A stretch of DNA of 64,000 nt. Origin: Gnetum montanum (taxonomy: Eukaryota > Plantae > Gnetophyta). The notes beneath the pieces were generated by a model. That model had not been told where the DNA came from. It ran no database searches and saw nothing but the letters and a program-made list of their open reading frames with translations. The stretch lies in NCBI GenBank assembly GCA_015680685.1, contig MNCI01000542.1:33989-97988 (forward strand), in the 5' to 3' direction. Made by a program: the position numbers and the translations under genes. Shown one piece after another: positions 1 through 10,742 of the stretch (position 1 is the first letter of the stretch; each line of letters starts with the position of its first letter).

Positions 1-181
1 ATACCTCAGACTTGCTTAACCATACACCGTGACACATACAAGCAAGCCTGGGAAGACAACGAACGATTAACCCCAAGTGTTTCTTGTGGCGTTAAGGCAT
101 TTAGTCTGCGGAGTTCGACCGGATCGCGCATGTACGCTCGTATTCGTATGGTAGAGTGTAGGGGTACCTCGCCACTCATCA
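1..181 (+). mobile_element. 3' end of an LTR of a young Athila-like Ty3/Gypsy family (family F)
   Basis: Ends GGGGTACCTCGCCACTCATCA at 181. Homologous to the LTR ends at 33920-33992 and 41405-41476, and to the terminus at 10718-10742. CpGs are retained. Confidence 0.8.
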
Positions 182-1285
182 CTAGCTAAGCCTCAGAAAG
201 GTGTTCTTGGCTTTTAGGTAAGACTTCTTTTAAGATTGGTGGTTACGCTATGCTATGCTACGCAGCGTAGCATACAACTATTTATGCTATGCCGACACAC
301 TGGGCAACGTAAGTAGTGTAACACTTGCATGGAAGCATTAAGATGTCTTCGATTAGCCCTAGAACTTGTTGGCAATGATCATTCTTACCCTAAAACCTCT
401 TGAATGGATAAAATTAGCAAGTTTGTTTCATTTTACACCTCCTGATTAATCCCCAAAGTTGTCCCTACGCTTGACTCTACTCACAAGGGTAGGAAAGATG
501 TAGTCCTGGAGCATAGGCTCCACTTTGCTTTCATAGTTAGCAGTGTATTGGATTTTGGAATAGGAAATTTCAGTGGTATGGTCACAACATAGCAACACTA
601 CACACCAACACAACACGATCACGTTTGCACTCTATGGGACCTAGGACATGTGGCATCCAAACCACGTTTTTCTCTTGCTCCTAGTCCTATAAATACCCCA
701 GTAAAAAACATTCAAGGGGTTGGCTTCTAGTTGGCTTTTGGAAAACTCTTTCAAGCATTAGTTGGCTTTGAGAACTAGCTTTTGGCATTGTTAGCTTCTT
801 TTAGCATTTTGGCTTTCTAGAAATTGGCTTCAGAAAGAGATTGGTGAACAAAGGATTCCTGGTGACAAGCTATTAATTATAGTTCAGGGACCTGTGATCA
901 TACTGCTCTATTGTAAGCTGTGCCTTTCCAGTGTTGCATATCAGTTGTACACCTTCCAACAAAACAAATATTAGATTCTTGATCTTAGGGTAGTGCACTT
1001 TCTCACCCAAGCTTGTTTCATTCTTTATTTGCTATTATCATATTTTGCATTAATTTGCATCGTATTGCATTTTTCGATTATCGTTTCAATTGCATACATC
1101 ACCCCCAAAAACAAATGTTCATGAAAGGTTAAGTTACACTAATTAAGTCCTTGTCTAATCGACCAGACTATTCAGGGCACCCCGTTTCCGTTTCTCTCCA
1201 GTACGGCCCTCGCATGGATCTGGGGTTAGGATGTACACCCGACAACCTCTCGGTGTTCTAGCCACCGATGTTTTTAGTCGCTACA
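182..1285 (+). mobile_element. Probable 3' part of a long LTR (Tat/Ogre-like terminus)
   Basis: TATA box CCTATAAATACCCC near 686-699, then T-rich R/U5-like sequence, ending GTCGCTACA at 1285. The 5' end lies outside the window or is interrupted by family F. Confidence 0.5.
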
Positions 1286-1494
1286 CTATGTAGGTCCTAA
1301 CATGGGCTGTGTGGACCATGTGCAAAGCATGCAGGCTCTATTTGCAGTGCCATGACATTTCTGGCCATTGTCGTCTGGCTATTGCTATTGCCATCATGCT
1401 TTCTTAGAAACACTTGCTCACTTGCTGCCTACCCACAAATCACCTGCAATTGCCACTTCTGAAACCCACACCATTTTCCTACTACTACCTACCA

Positions 1495-1625
1495 TTTTCA
1501 CCATTGATAGTTGTCTCTAGCACCATTGATAATGGCCTTCAGCACCATTGATAATCACCTTCAACATCGCTGATAACGACCTCTAGCACCACTAATAACT
1601 ACCTCTTCGAACACTACCAAAAACT
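1495..1625. repeat. Degenerate 21-bp tandem repeat
   Basis: About 5-6 units of the form AGCACCATTGATAATNNCCTY (agcaccattgataatggccttc, agcaccattgataatcaccttc, aacatcgctgataacgacctct, agcaccactaataactacctct). Confidence 0.7.
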
Positions 1626-1871
1626 ACCTCTCCATTGAAAGTCACATGAACCTTGAGATAGGCCACATTGGCCTAGAGGAGAGTTATGTGAACCTTGAAA
1701 TGGCCATCACCTATGCACTAAAGTTTTTTCAACAATTGATGAAAATTTCAAAATTTCTATCAACTAATAGAAAATTTTTAAATTTTTTTATCATTAATTG
1801 TTAATTTAAATTAAAAACATGCACAAATGTTTTTAAAAATTCAAATTGAAGCCTTGGTAACAAAGGGGATA

Positions 1872-1950
1872 AAAATTTCATAATTAAGCATGCTTGTTTT
1901 GGAGTAGAACTAGGATGGGTGACCTCTTAGGAAGTCTTGTTTTTCACGCC
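1872..1950 (+). pseudogene. 5S rRNA-derived fragment (3' two-thirds, Pol III internal control region), Cassandra-like core
   Basis: AAAATTTCATAATTAAGCATGCTTGTTTTGGAGTAGAACTAGGATGGGTGACCTCTTAGGAAGTCTTGTTTTTCACGCC aligns to plant 5S from about nt 40 (AGAACTCCGCAGTTAAGCGTGCTTGGGCGAGAGTAGTACTAGGATGGGTGACCTCCTGGGAAGTCCTCGTGTTGCACC). C-box AGGATGGGTG is intact. The 5' ~40 nt are absent. Confidence 0.85.
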
Positions 1951-2667
1951 AAAGGTCTTAGACTCTAGAAGCCATAACTTATGATTTTAGAAACCTTTTT
2001 TGGTGAACAAAGAGTCATTTCCTATAGATTTCAACCTTCCGAACTTAATGGTAGAGTTAAATCTATCCCAAGGAAACCCAAAACTTAGTTTTTACTCTTT
2101 GCTCGATATAGTGCATTGAAATCCTCAAAAGTTTAATTTTGGCATCACTCAAGCATATGATGTCCATTTTCAATAGATGAATAGTCATTTCCAAGATTTT
2201 TCATCCTTCTAAACTCAATGGTGAGGTTAGGTCTATCATTTGAGTATTTGATAATTTAATGATATCATAAATTCAACCTTTTAGGCTTTAAGATTTAGTG
2301 CATAACCCTTACAGATAGTCTTAAGATCACTATGGCATGTCATTAATTACATTGCCAGAGTTAGTGTTCTTAAGGGGATAGAAAGGTTGTAAAGAATTGG
2401 ATAATATAGTTACATTTTACTAAAATTATATGATGTCATTAAATATTACTAAAATTAGATATTGTAATTATAAAATTAGATACTATAGTTAAATTAGTTG
2501 GAGAATTAGTTATTGTATTAATATCAGTTGATTATTAGTTAATGAATTAGTCGATGTATTAGTTAAAAATTATTTGATGTATTAGTTGAAGAAACAAAAC
2601 AATCTTCAACTATCAAGAAAAGGGTATATTAATCCATCTTGTAGTCAAAATATAGGGTAAAAACAAC

Positions 2668-3872
2668 ATGGAGACTCAAAATCTCATTTCGATAAGGAGT
2701 ATGATACTCATGAAAAGAAATGATACAGACAAGAATCCAAGAATGAAAATAAAAATTTCAACATACAATGTGCTTGCAAGATCACTAGTGAGTGAGAAAC
2801 AACATTCACTATGTCCATCATGGGCCTTGGATTGGCATGAATATTAATATCCACACATCTTATTAGAGTTAAAAGATTTGGATACTAATGTCTTGTGCTT
2901 ACAAGAAGTTTTACCATGGGAATTTCTATATTAATTCCAGCTAGATTTGAAAAAGATGGGATACAAAGGTATTTATAAGTAAAAGGTTCTTGTGGAAGTT
3001 CTTCTTTTGAACTGTACAAATTAGCATATTGTAAAAATCACAACATGGATGGTTGTGTGATATTTTATAAAGAAGCCAAGTTTGAATTGGTACAAAGATT
3101 TGAATGGAGTTAAGAAAATATGATTTTTGAAATTCCAGAATTTCAACCGATGGGAAATAAAGAATAATTAAGATTTCAAAAAAAAAAAAAATAACATAGC
3201 CTTGGTAGTAATTGTAAAAATCCAGCTATTAGAAAGATGTCTATGCATAGTCAACACACATTTAATTGTCAAATTAAGATGTTCAAGTGTCAAATTATCT
3301 CAAGGAGCATACTTGATTAAGTAAATAGAAGAAAGTTTGAAAAATAAGTTATTACTAAGTCATACTAATCTGGTTCCATTTATTCTTTGTGGAGACTTCA
3401 ATGCAAAAGTTGGAAGTAGTGTTTATCATTCTTAAAATATGGATTTATAAAGAAATCATTGAAAGATGAACTTAACTTAAAGAAGATGTTTCCATTAATT
3501 CAACATGCAGTTCCATTAGCCAATGCATATTCTACTTACTTTGAATCTTCAATAGATAAATCAGACTCTAGAATTTTAGAACAGATGATGTTGATGGATA
3601 GCACTCATGAAGAACCATAGTTTACAAATTACTTTGCAATGATTAATGACGATGGATCAACAACATTCTTTATCGAGAGTTTGGATTATATTTGGTATGA
3701 TGCCAAATTATTTCAAGTTGCCAAGTTACTAGAGTTGATTTCTAAAGAAAAAGTTGAGAAGAATTAAGATCAAGCCTTTCCATCCCAAACAAGACCATTT
3801 GATCATATACCACTCATGGTAGAATTACAATTACTCCCATCAGTTCATAAGGTTGATCAAGATCAAGAAGTA
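2668..3872 (+). pseudogene. Intronless CCR4-like (EEP family) deadenylase pseudogene, nuclease domain only
   Basis: Manual translation gives, in order: ISTYNVLA, CPSWALDW, VLCLQEV, DGCVIFYK, NNIALVVIV, LCIVNTHL, VKLSQ, PFILCGDFN, LIQHAVPLANAYS, MDSTHEEP*FTNY, SLDYIWY, FPSQTRPFDHIPLMVEL. These match plant CCR4/CNOT6 motifs. Several stops and frameshifts, no introns. The 3' boundary is approximate. Confidence 0.9.
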
Positions 3873-4304
3873 GCTCACTCTTACTTTTATTTGATGATCT
3901 TATTATTTTCTTTATTTTTTAATTTATAATTCAATTATATTAATAAAATATCTAAGGTAATGCAAGTTGGGAATAAATAATTTGCCTTGCTTTCACTTGG
4001 ATAACCAGATACGAGTTGCACATTGTGTGAGCCTAGTTAGGATTGATGATTGGTAGTTGGTAGATTTTTTTGCTTCTTATCATTATCTTAGAAAATGAAG
4101 TAAGTATCAAGAAAGTAATATTTAATTTTACATATAATTTTTCTCACATATATTTTTGTTTCCAAAATAAGCAAGAAACAACTTAAAGTTCAAAGGATAA
4201 ATCAAATTATTTGAGCATAGAATCATGAAAGAAAGCATTGGAGCTAGAATAAGATAGAAAATGTGGATTCATTTGAGGATGAATGAAACCAAAGGAGGGT
4301 ATAT

Positions 4305-4937
4305 TGTCACATCCCATTCTAAAATGATGATACTGCCTAATGAAGATGGTGTCTCTTCATAACAAGTGTCATTGTTATCTTAACAATACTTGAAAGGGTA
4401 GTTGTGATTAAGAATAGAAAGGGCATGTTGTAATAATGGATGTGTCTCTTAAGGTAACTATTGGACATTTGACCTAAGGAATTTATACCTAGGATTGGAG
4501 GTTGTGCCGACATGGAATGGCAGAGCAAGTAAAGGCAAGTCATGGAATGGCAAAGCCAGTAAAGTCAAGTCATGGAGTGGTGGAGTTGGTATCAGCAAGT
4601 CATGAGAGTTAGGTGAAGTGGGATAGGATGTAGACTGGCCATCCCTTCTAGCTAGGTTATAGGCCTAACCATGATGACAATGCCAGATTTCCTCTAAGGG
4701 ATAGATACCAAAGGATGAAGACCCAAAGGAATACTCTTAGAGCACAATTCAGATATGCAATTTCATATCAATAAAGCATTCTTTTCTTTCTCTTTTTGCA
4801 ATTTTTCTATTATTTACTTTATACATAATGTCAAATATCACATATACTCTACATTTGGCATATTTTCTTCACATGAAAAATGTCTAATATATTGTATATT
4901 TGACATTTGCCATGACATCTGGGAATGAGATGTCATA
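4305..4937 (+). mobile_element. Probable old Gypsy (chromovirus-like) LTR
   Basis: Starts TGTCACATCCCATT after a purine tract (TTTGAGGATGAA...AAAGGAGGGTATAT). Ends AATGAGATGTCATA, an 11/14 inverted match to the start. Contains three 30-bp tandem units at 4511-4600. Confidence 0.45.
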
Positions 4938-4939
4938 GG

Positions 4940-6840
4940 GAGTTAGTACAAGTTTTTGTTGATTGACCTTAAGTCTCAAAAATAATTCATGAATCTTCTT
5001 GTCTAGCTAATATTTTTCTTGCACATTTGTTAAATGAAGATCACTTGGCCTATTTGGATCATATTTTTTATAGAATGCAACTAATTCCATCCTTAATACA
5101 TTGTTCTGTTTCAAATCATTACAATAGTCTTCCATTTTCTACATCTTATTGATCTTAGTCTTTCTTTATGTGTTATTTGGTCAAATATATTTTATTAGTA
5201 ATTCTTTATTTTTATTTTATTTTTCAAATTCTTGATCCCATTCTCAATTAACCCATGAAGCAGCCAAAAGGTATTTTGTGCCAAATTTCTTAAATTGTTC
5301 TTTGTGTAGATCTCATCAATGGTGACATGTAGGAAACTCTCTAATTGACTAGTTTGGAACATTTCAAAGGCCTCATTCTAGAGATTGTATTAGTTATATA
5401 ATATTTGTAGGAAAAAATTACGCTCTTGTAGAGAGCTTTTTGTACATCTATTAATAGTTCAATTGTTGAACTTCATTAAATGAATGAATTATACAAATGA
5501 AAAATCAGCCTCTTACCCAAAAGTATGTATCAATCCATTAAATTCTCTTGTATTATTTGATTGACATGCTTTAAAACTATTCCAAACTAAACATTATTTT
5601 GATGGCAGTAGCTTCTCACATCTCTAACCTCTTCAACATAGCATGGCTTGAAGGTAAGCTTTTGATTGTCATTTATGCCTTTACAAAATTTTGTAATGAT
5701 ATCAATAGGAATCTATGGTGATAGAATTCTAGCTAGCCTACATGTCATATTAAACTTTGTTAAGTTATCAATTTAAAATCACAAATCCTTTTTGAAGGAT
5801 ATATAAAGGTTACCTCTCTTCAAATCATTGACAAATAAGTGAGCTTATATTTTTTCTTTGCAATAATTTATTTGTTGCTTGAATTTTATACTAGCCATCA
5901 AGGATACAAAAGCTAACCTTTTCATCTTGAAGCTTGGCCACTATTCTTGCATTAGATTTCTTCCTAATGGTAATATTCATAGGAATTAGGATAAGTCTTT
6001 TATTCTTACCATCATATTCTTTGTAAAGCTATCACTGAGGCTATTGATGTAGGATGTATTCAATGAGTGAACAAGAAAGTTATCCAATGTCTGAATGCAT
6101 TTGTTGATGTTTATCTTAATGACTTCATTAGAAGAAGATATGAAATACTGGTTGAATGCAATTGTTAGATTATAAGTTTCATTAGAAAATTTTGTTGTCT
6201 TCTACTCTTTCCTTATTTGCTTCTCAACATCAATAATATGTTTGATATTAAGGCTATAGGGGGATAGGAATAATTGTATGGAGATTCTCCTAGCATCTAG
6301 TGTTAGATTTTTGTCCTTATATACTAGGTAAGGTTGCCCAATCTTCTTCCTCATAAGCATCACAACAAAATTGATTCTTTCATTTTACCTAGAGAATATG
6401 GTTGATGTAAGAAACAATGTTTCATGTTGTATTCTTTATAGTTACTAATGATATGCCATATTTCATTGCAATTTATGTCTCCTTTATGAAATCATCCACA
6501 AAGAGATTTGCTATTAATGATCCCTCCTACATCTTAATAGAGGTTTGGCCCTTTTATCACCTCAATCTGTAACTCTACTATCTATTCCATAAATCTCTTA
6601 CCATAATATACAACAATCTTGATACATTTATATAGACAATATTTCTTATTTAAAGTAAGTAGTTATAGGTCTTCAAATGTTCTTGGCTATACCATGACAT
6701 TGATGTAACACTTGTTACATCTTAATGTATCAAGAATTCCTTAGATCTTGCTTCTCAATGAAACCTAAAGTGTAATGATATTTCATGCATAATAACCAAA
6801 AGGTGATGTTATTTCTTAGGATCATGAAACCTATAATAGT
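4940..6840 (-). pseudogene. Intronless dynamin-superfamily GTPase-like pseudogene (~630 codons)
   Basis: Minus frame reads LGFIEKQDLRNS (G1-like if G->A is reverted: GKQDLGxS). At dynamin-like spacing, ATT TGA AGA CCT gives TRRP (G2) if C->T is reverted. IEVIKGPNLY*DVGGI is G3-like, followed by NEIWHIISNYKEYNMKTLFL. A long helical-looking frame follows with stops at CAA/CAG/CGA-derivable codons. The C-terminus reads LVAFYKKYDP...ELFLRLK. Confidence 0.55.
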
Positions 6841-6917
6841 TCATAATTATGTGTGCTATTCAAAACTTTGAATAGGTCATCATACTAAAACCACCCCATG
6901 ATTCATATTTTGTAAGA

Positions 6918-7055
6918 CTAATGTTGATTTATGTTGTTAATGGTCAAGTTGACATAAAAAGGACATCATAGAAAGACGGTTTATTTATGCTACTAATGGC
7001 CAAGTTAACACAAAGAAAACATCATAGGAAGGAGGTTGATTTATGCTGCTAACAG
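6918..7055. repeat. ~56-bp tandem repeat, about 2.5 copies
   Basis: TGATTTATG(T/C)T(G/A)(T/C)TAATGG(T/C)CAAGTT(G/A)ACA...ACATCATAG(A/G)AAG recurs. Confidence 0.65.
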
Positions 7056-7129
7056 TTATACTCACAAAAATTATTCTATACCACAAGACTAATACAATAA
7101 TTTGAATTCTGTATCTGACATATTAAGCA

Positions 7130-8722
7130 ATACTATGGATAGGACTTCATATGATGGCCACTATATGATGAATAAATGGGTGTCATATGGTGTTTTCACT
7201 ACTAAATTTTAACATGTTTTTTCAAGTATCATAACATAGGTGTCATATGATGATGGTTCCTACAAATCCATTCATAGTTCTAGCTAAACTCTTAACAATT
7301 TCATGGAGGTATCATAGCATGATCAAGTATATGATGATGATTCCTATAATGCTATGAACTCCTCTAGATAAAATGTTAATGTGGTTATTTAAGGATCATA
7401 GTGTAGATGTTGTATGATGCATCCTCTTTCCATAAGAACCACTCTTTTCAAATAGTTGGGATAATTTTTTTCCAAGATCATAGCCCAAATTTCAGATGAT
7501 GATGGTTCCTATAGAGCTTTTCAAATTTCTATCTATATTCTTGAGGGTTTTCTGGAGGTATCATAGTGTAGTCATCATATGATGGTGGTTCCTATAATGC
7601 TATGCACTAACCTAGCTAAAATATTGATGTGCTTATTCAAGAATCATAGTGCAGACATCATATGATGCATTCTCTTCCCATAAGAACTTCTTTTTCAAGA
7701 TAGTTATGGTTGTTTTTTTTTCAAAGATTATAGCATGGATATCATATGATAATGGTTCCTACATAGCTTTTCAAAGTTATAGTTATATTTTTTAGGGATT
7801 CTTGGAGATATCATAGTGTGGTCAATGTATGATGATGATTCCTATAATGTTATGCATTGCTCTAGCTAAATTGTTGATATGGTTGTTCAAGGATCATAGA
7901 GCAGATGTTCTAAGATATTACCTTCCCCAATAAGCATTAATCTTTCAAGAGAGTTGTGGGAGCATTCCAAGTATCATAGCACAAATGTTGTATGCTAATG
8001 GTTCTTATAGATCTTTTCAAAGTTCTAGCTATGTTTTTGATGGTTTCATAGAGGTATCATAGTGTGGTCATTGTATGATAGTGGTTCTTACAATGCTAGG
8101 CATNTATGTCTACACTATGATCCTTAAACAACCATGTAAACATATTAGCTAGAGTAGTGCATAGCATTGTAGAAACCACCATCATATGATGACTATGCTA
8201 TGATACCTTTGGGAATCCCTAAAAATATAGCTATATTTATGAAAAGATCTATAGGAAACATCATCATACTATATTTGTTCTATGATACTTATAATACTCC
8301 CACAACTGTCTTGAAATATTGATGCTTACTAGAAAAGGTAACATCAAACACTATTTACACTATGATCCTTGAACCATCATGTCAACAATTTAGCTAGAGT
8401 AATGCCTAGCATTGTAAGAACCACTATCATACAATGACCACACTATGATACCTCTATGAAACCATCAAAAACATAGCTAGAACTTTGAAAAGATCTATAA
8501 GAACCATTAGCATACAACATTTGTGCTATGATACTTGGAATGCTCCCACAACTCTCTTGAAAGATTAATGCTTNTGATGCACCCTCTTCTCATAGGAACC
8601 GCTCTTTCAAGATTTTCAAGGTTTTTTTTACAAGGATCATAACATGGATGTCATATGATGATGGTTCCTATAGAGCTTTTTAAAGTTATAGCTATATATT
8701 TGGGGGCTTCTTGGAGGTATCA
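7130..8722. repeat. Tandem repeat: ~83-bp monomers in a ~250-bp three-monomer higher-order unit
   Basis: ATCATAG-like anchors at about 7311, 7395, 7477, 7560, 7643, 7727, 7810, 7893, 7973 and 8056. Every third monomer is most similar. Segment 8105-8573 is inverted between single Ns. Confidence 0.85.
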
Positions 8723-10562
8723 AGGGTTGGTGGAACTGCCTTGGGTTACCTTGTGGATAAGGTAACCTTTGGGGTGTTTGCCATTGATTAAGTCTTGGAT
8801 TTAATGCATACACCCCATACTCTTGCAGATGTGAGATAATTGGGCAACATCCCTTAGGATGGTCATAGTAGCATACCTCACATCCACCATCATCATCTGA
8901 ATCAGAATTTACAGCCTCATCGGAGATAGGAATTTTTCCCTTACCTTGATTTTGCCTTTCCGCTTGATTAAAGTCTTTCCACTTGATTTTGCCTTTGTCA
9001 CTACCTTGCTCTACCTTAGACTCTTCTATGATTTTCAAGACTGTTTCTATTTGTGAGTCTAAGGAATCCCACATTTGGTCTACCTTAGCCGATACCTCGG
9101 TTGTTAACTTTTGGATCGACATGGTCTTCCGGTTCACCAACTCTTCGAGTGGTGACTCATCCTCCTCATCANAACAAAACTTCAACTTCATGGGCTCTTA
9201 GTTGGGAAAGTCTCCCTTGGGCGTAAGTCCCAAGAGTTCTTCTCGTTTCATTCCGTAGCCCATCCACGATGTGGCGAAGTTGATCCCGTTTAGCGTACCC
9301 ATGGCCTGGGCAACGATGTAGCAGTGTGTAGTAATGGACCATGGCAGCATCCAAGGATTCATAAGCACCTTGTTTCCAGCCTTGGATCTGCTTACGCAAG
9401 TTGGAAACTCTAGATTACGTTTGATATTTGTTGTTGAAAAATTCAAGCATCATACTCCACCTCTTGATGGTTTCCGGTTCGAAGGACTGGTACCAACTCT
9501 CTACTTCTTTAATGAGTGTCCTTGGGAACAACTTAAGTTTTTGCCACTCATTATCAATGTTCTGCAAGGCCCAGGCATCGTGGAATGCCTGTAAATGATG
9601 TTGAGGATCAGCGTTGTATCCCCCTTCAAAACGTGGGATATTGTTTACGTCCAAACGCTTGATCCTACTATCCTTTAAGTGCCTTGTGGGGATCCTAACT
9701 GCCTCTCTAATATCGAGCATGCTTCGGGTTGCGAGTAGGGGTTCGTCATGATCATCTCTATCATGACGTCTATGATGTCTATGTGGTGGTTCCCTAATCT
9801 CCCTACGTCCTTGCCCTTGTCCTAACTCCTCTCGACCTTCCTGTCGAGGTATTTCATTCTTTTTACTTTTATTCTCCCCGTTATGCTCATGGTGGCTATG
9901 CTCGGATGTGGAAGGAGAGTGTGAATGATGAGATGAAGGAGAAGAAGAAGGGGATCCATCACCATGGCGATGTTTCTTACCTTCTCTTTCGCTGCTTCGG
10001 CCCCGATCATTGTAACGATCCAAGTGTTCGTCCTTAGTGTGAGTAGTGGTTCCTACCGTGAATAGTTGGTGCTCATGGGGATCAGAGCCTGGAATATGTA
10101 CAATTGATCAGAGGCCCTGATGCCTAACCTCTTCACCAGAGTGAGGAGGAGGAACATCATTTTCTAAGAAACCCATTGTGAGGGGTTCCTCGTCTCCTAT
10201 TTCACTAAGGACATGGGGNGATCTGTGCCAATCCACGAAAAAGCATGTTCGGAACGGATCGATCTGGTGGTAAAACTATATTACCAAACAAATCTCTCCA
10301 GNTACATGCTGATCTGTGCCAATCCACAGAAAAGCATGTTCGGAACGGATCGATCTGGTGGTAAAACTATATTACCGAACAAATCTCTCCAGCGCAACTG
10401 CTCATCTTGATGGAAAACAAAGGTAAAGTCAGGGACATACTCATCAGGATGAGTATATGTCACTTTAGATTGTTTAGGACATGGCTGGTCTCGGTTATGC
10501 GTGTGATGCTGACTGTTTTCTGTGTTGTCCTTAGGTGAGTTGATTTTGTGAGAAGAAGCCAT
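8723..10562 (-). CDS. Athila-like gag with long His/Ser/Arg-rich N-terminal region, broken by N joins and a frameshift
   Basis: ORF-track pieces 10281-10562, 9415-10023, 9169-9399 and 8637-9191 join into one gag. Near-identical to the plus-strand copy at 50351-51152. Confidence 0.8.
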
Positions 10563-10742
10563 CCTAATGGTGTGCTGTTTACCATTATTTCTGTTCTTAA
10601 TTAACTGATTAACCCTAAGGTTCGTTAAAGCTCACAATGATGTGAGTGATATCCCTTATGTTCAATTGGTGAAAAAACACTTAGTCCTCGGCAATGGCAC
10701 CAATGATGAGTGGCGAGGTACCTCGCCACTCGCCACTCATCA
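8723..10742 (-). mobile_element. Young Athila-like element fragment (family F): primer-binding site (PBS), leader and gag
   Basis: Minus-strand PBS TGGTGCCATTGCCGAGGA (10685-10702) next to an LTR end. Gag contains NIPRFEGG...DPQHHL, KLKLFPRTL..A.SW and QGAYESL..A..HY, plus a CEVCYYDHPKGCC knuckle (CX2CX3HX4C, Athila-type). Confidence 0.85.

Noticed and set aside
1872-1950. Functional 5S rRNA gene
   Set aside because: It lacks the 5' ~40 nt, has many substitutions and is not in a tandem array.
3960-4304. Gypsy integrase/chromodomain tail before the LTR at 4305
   Set aside because: Only a faint FEDE/PPT-like ending is recognisable, too degraded to call as a separate feature.
7932-8573. 172-bp perfect inverted repeat (7932-8103 versus 8402-8573) as a hairpin or TIR
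   Set aside because: The inverted segment is bounded by single Ns at 8104 and 8574, so it is best explained as a flipped, overlapping contig.
7130-8722. Array as a 28-aa protein repeat (zinc finger) or a CRISPR array
   Set aside because: Monomer length varies (80-84 bp), the frames I translated contain stops, there is no Cys/His pattern and no unique spacers, and the context is eukaryotic.
10220-10392. 82-bp direct duplication in gag
   Set aside because: The first copy is flanked by Ns at 10219 and 10302, indicating an assembly artefact.
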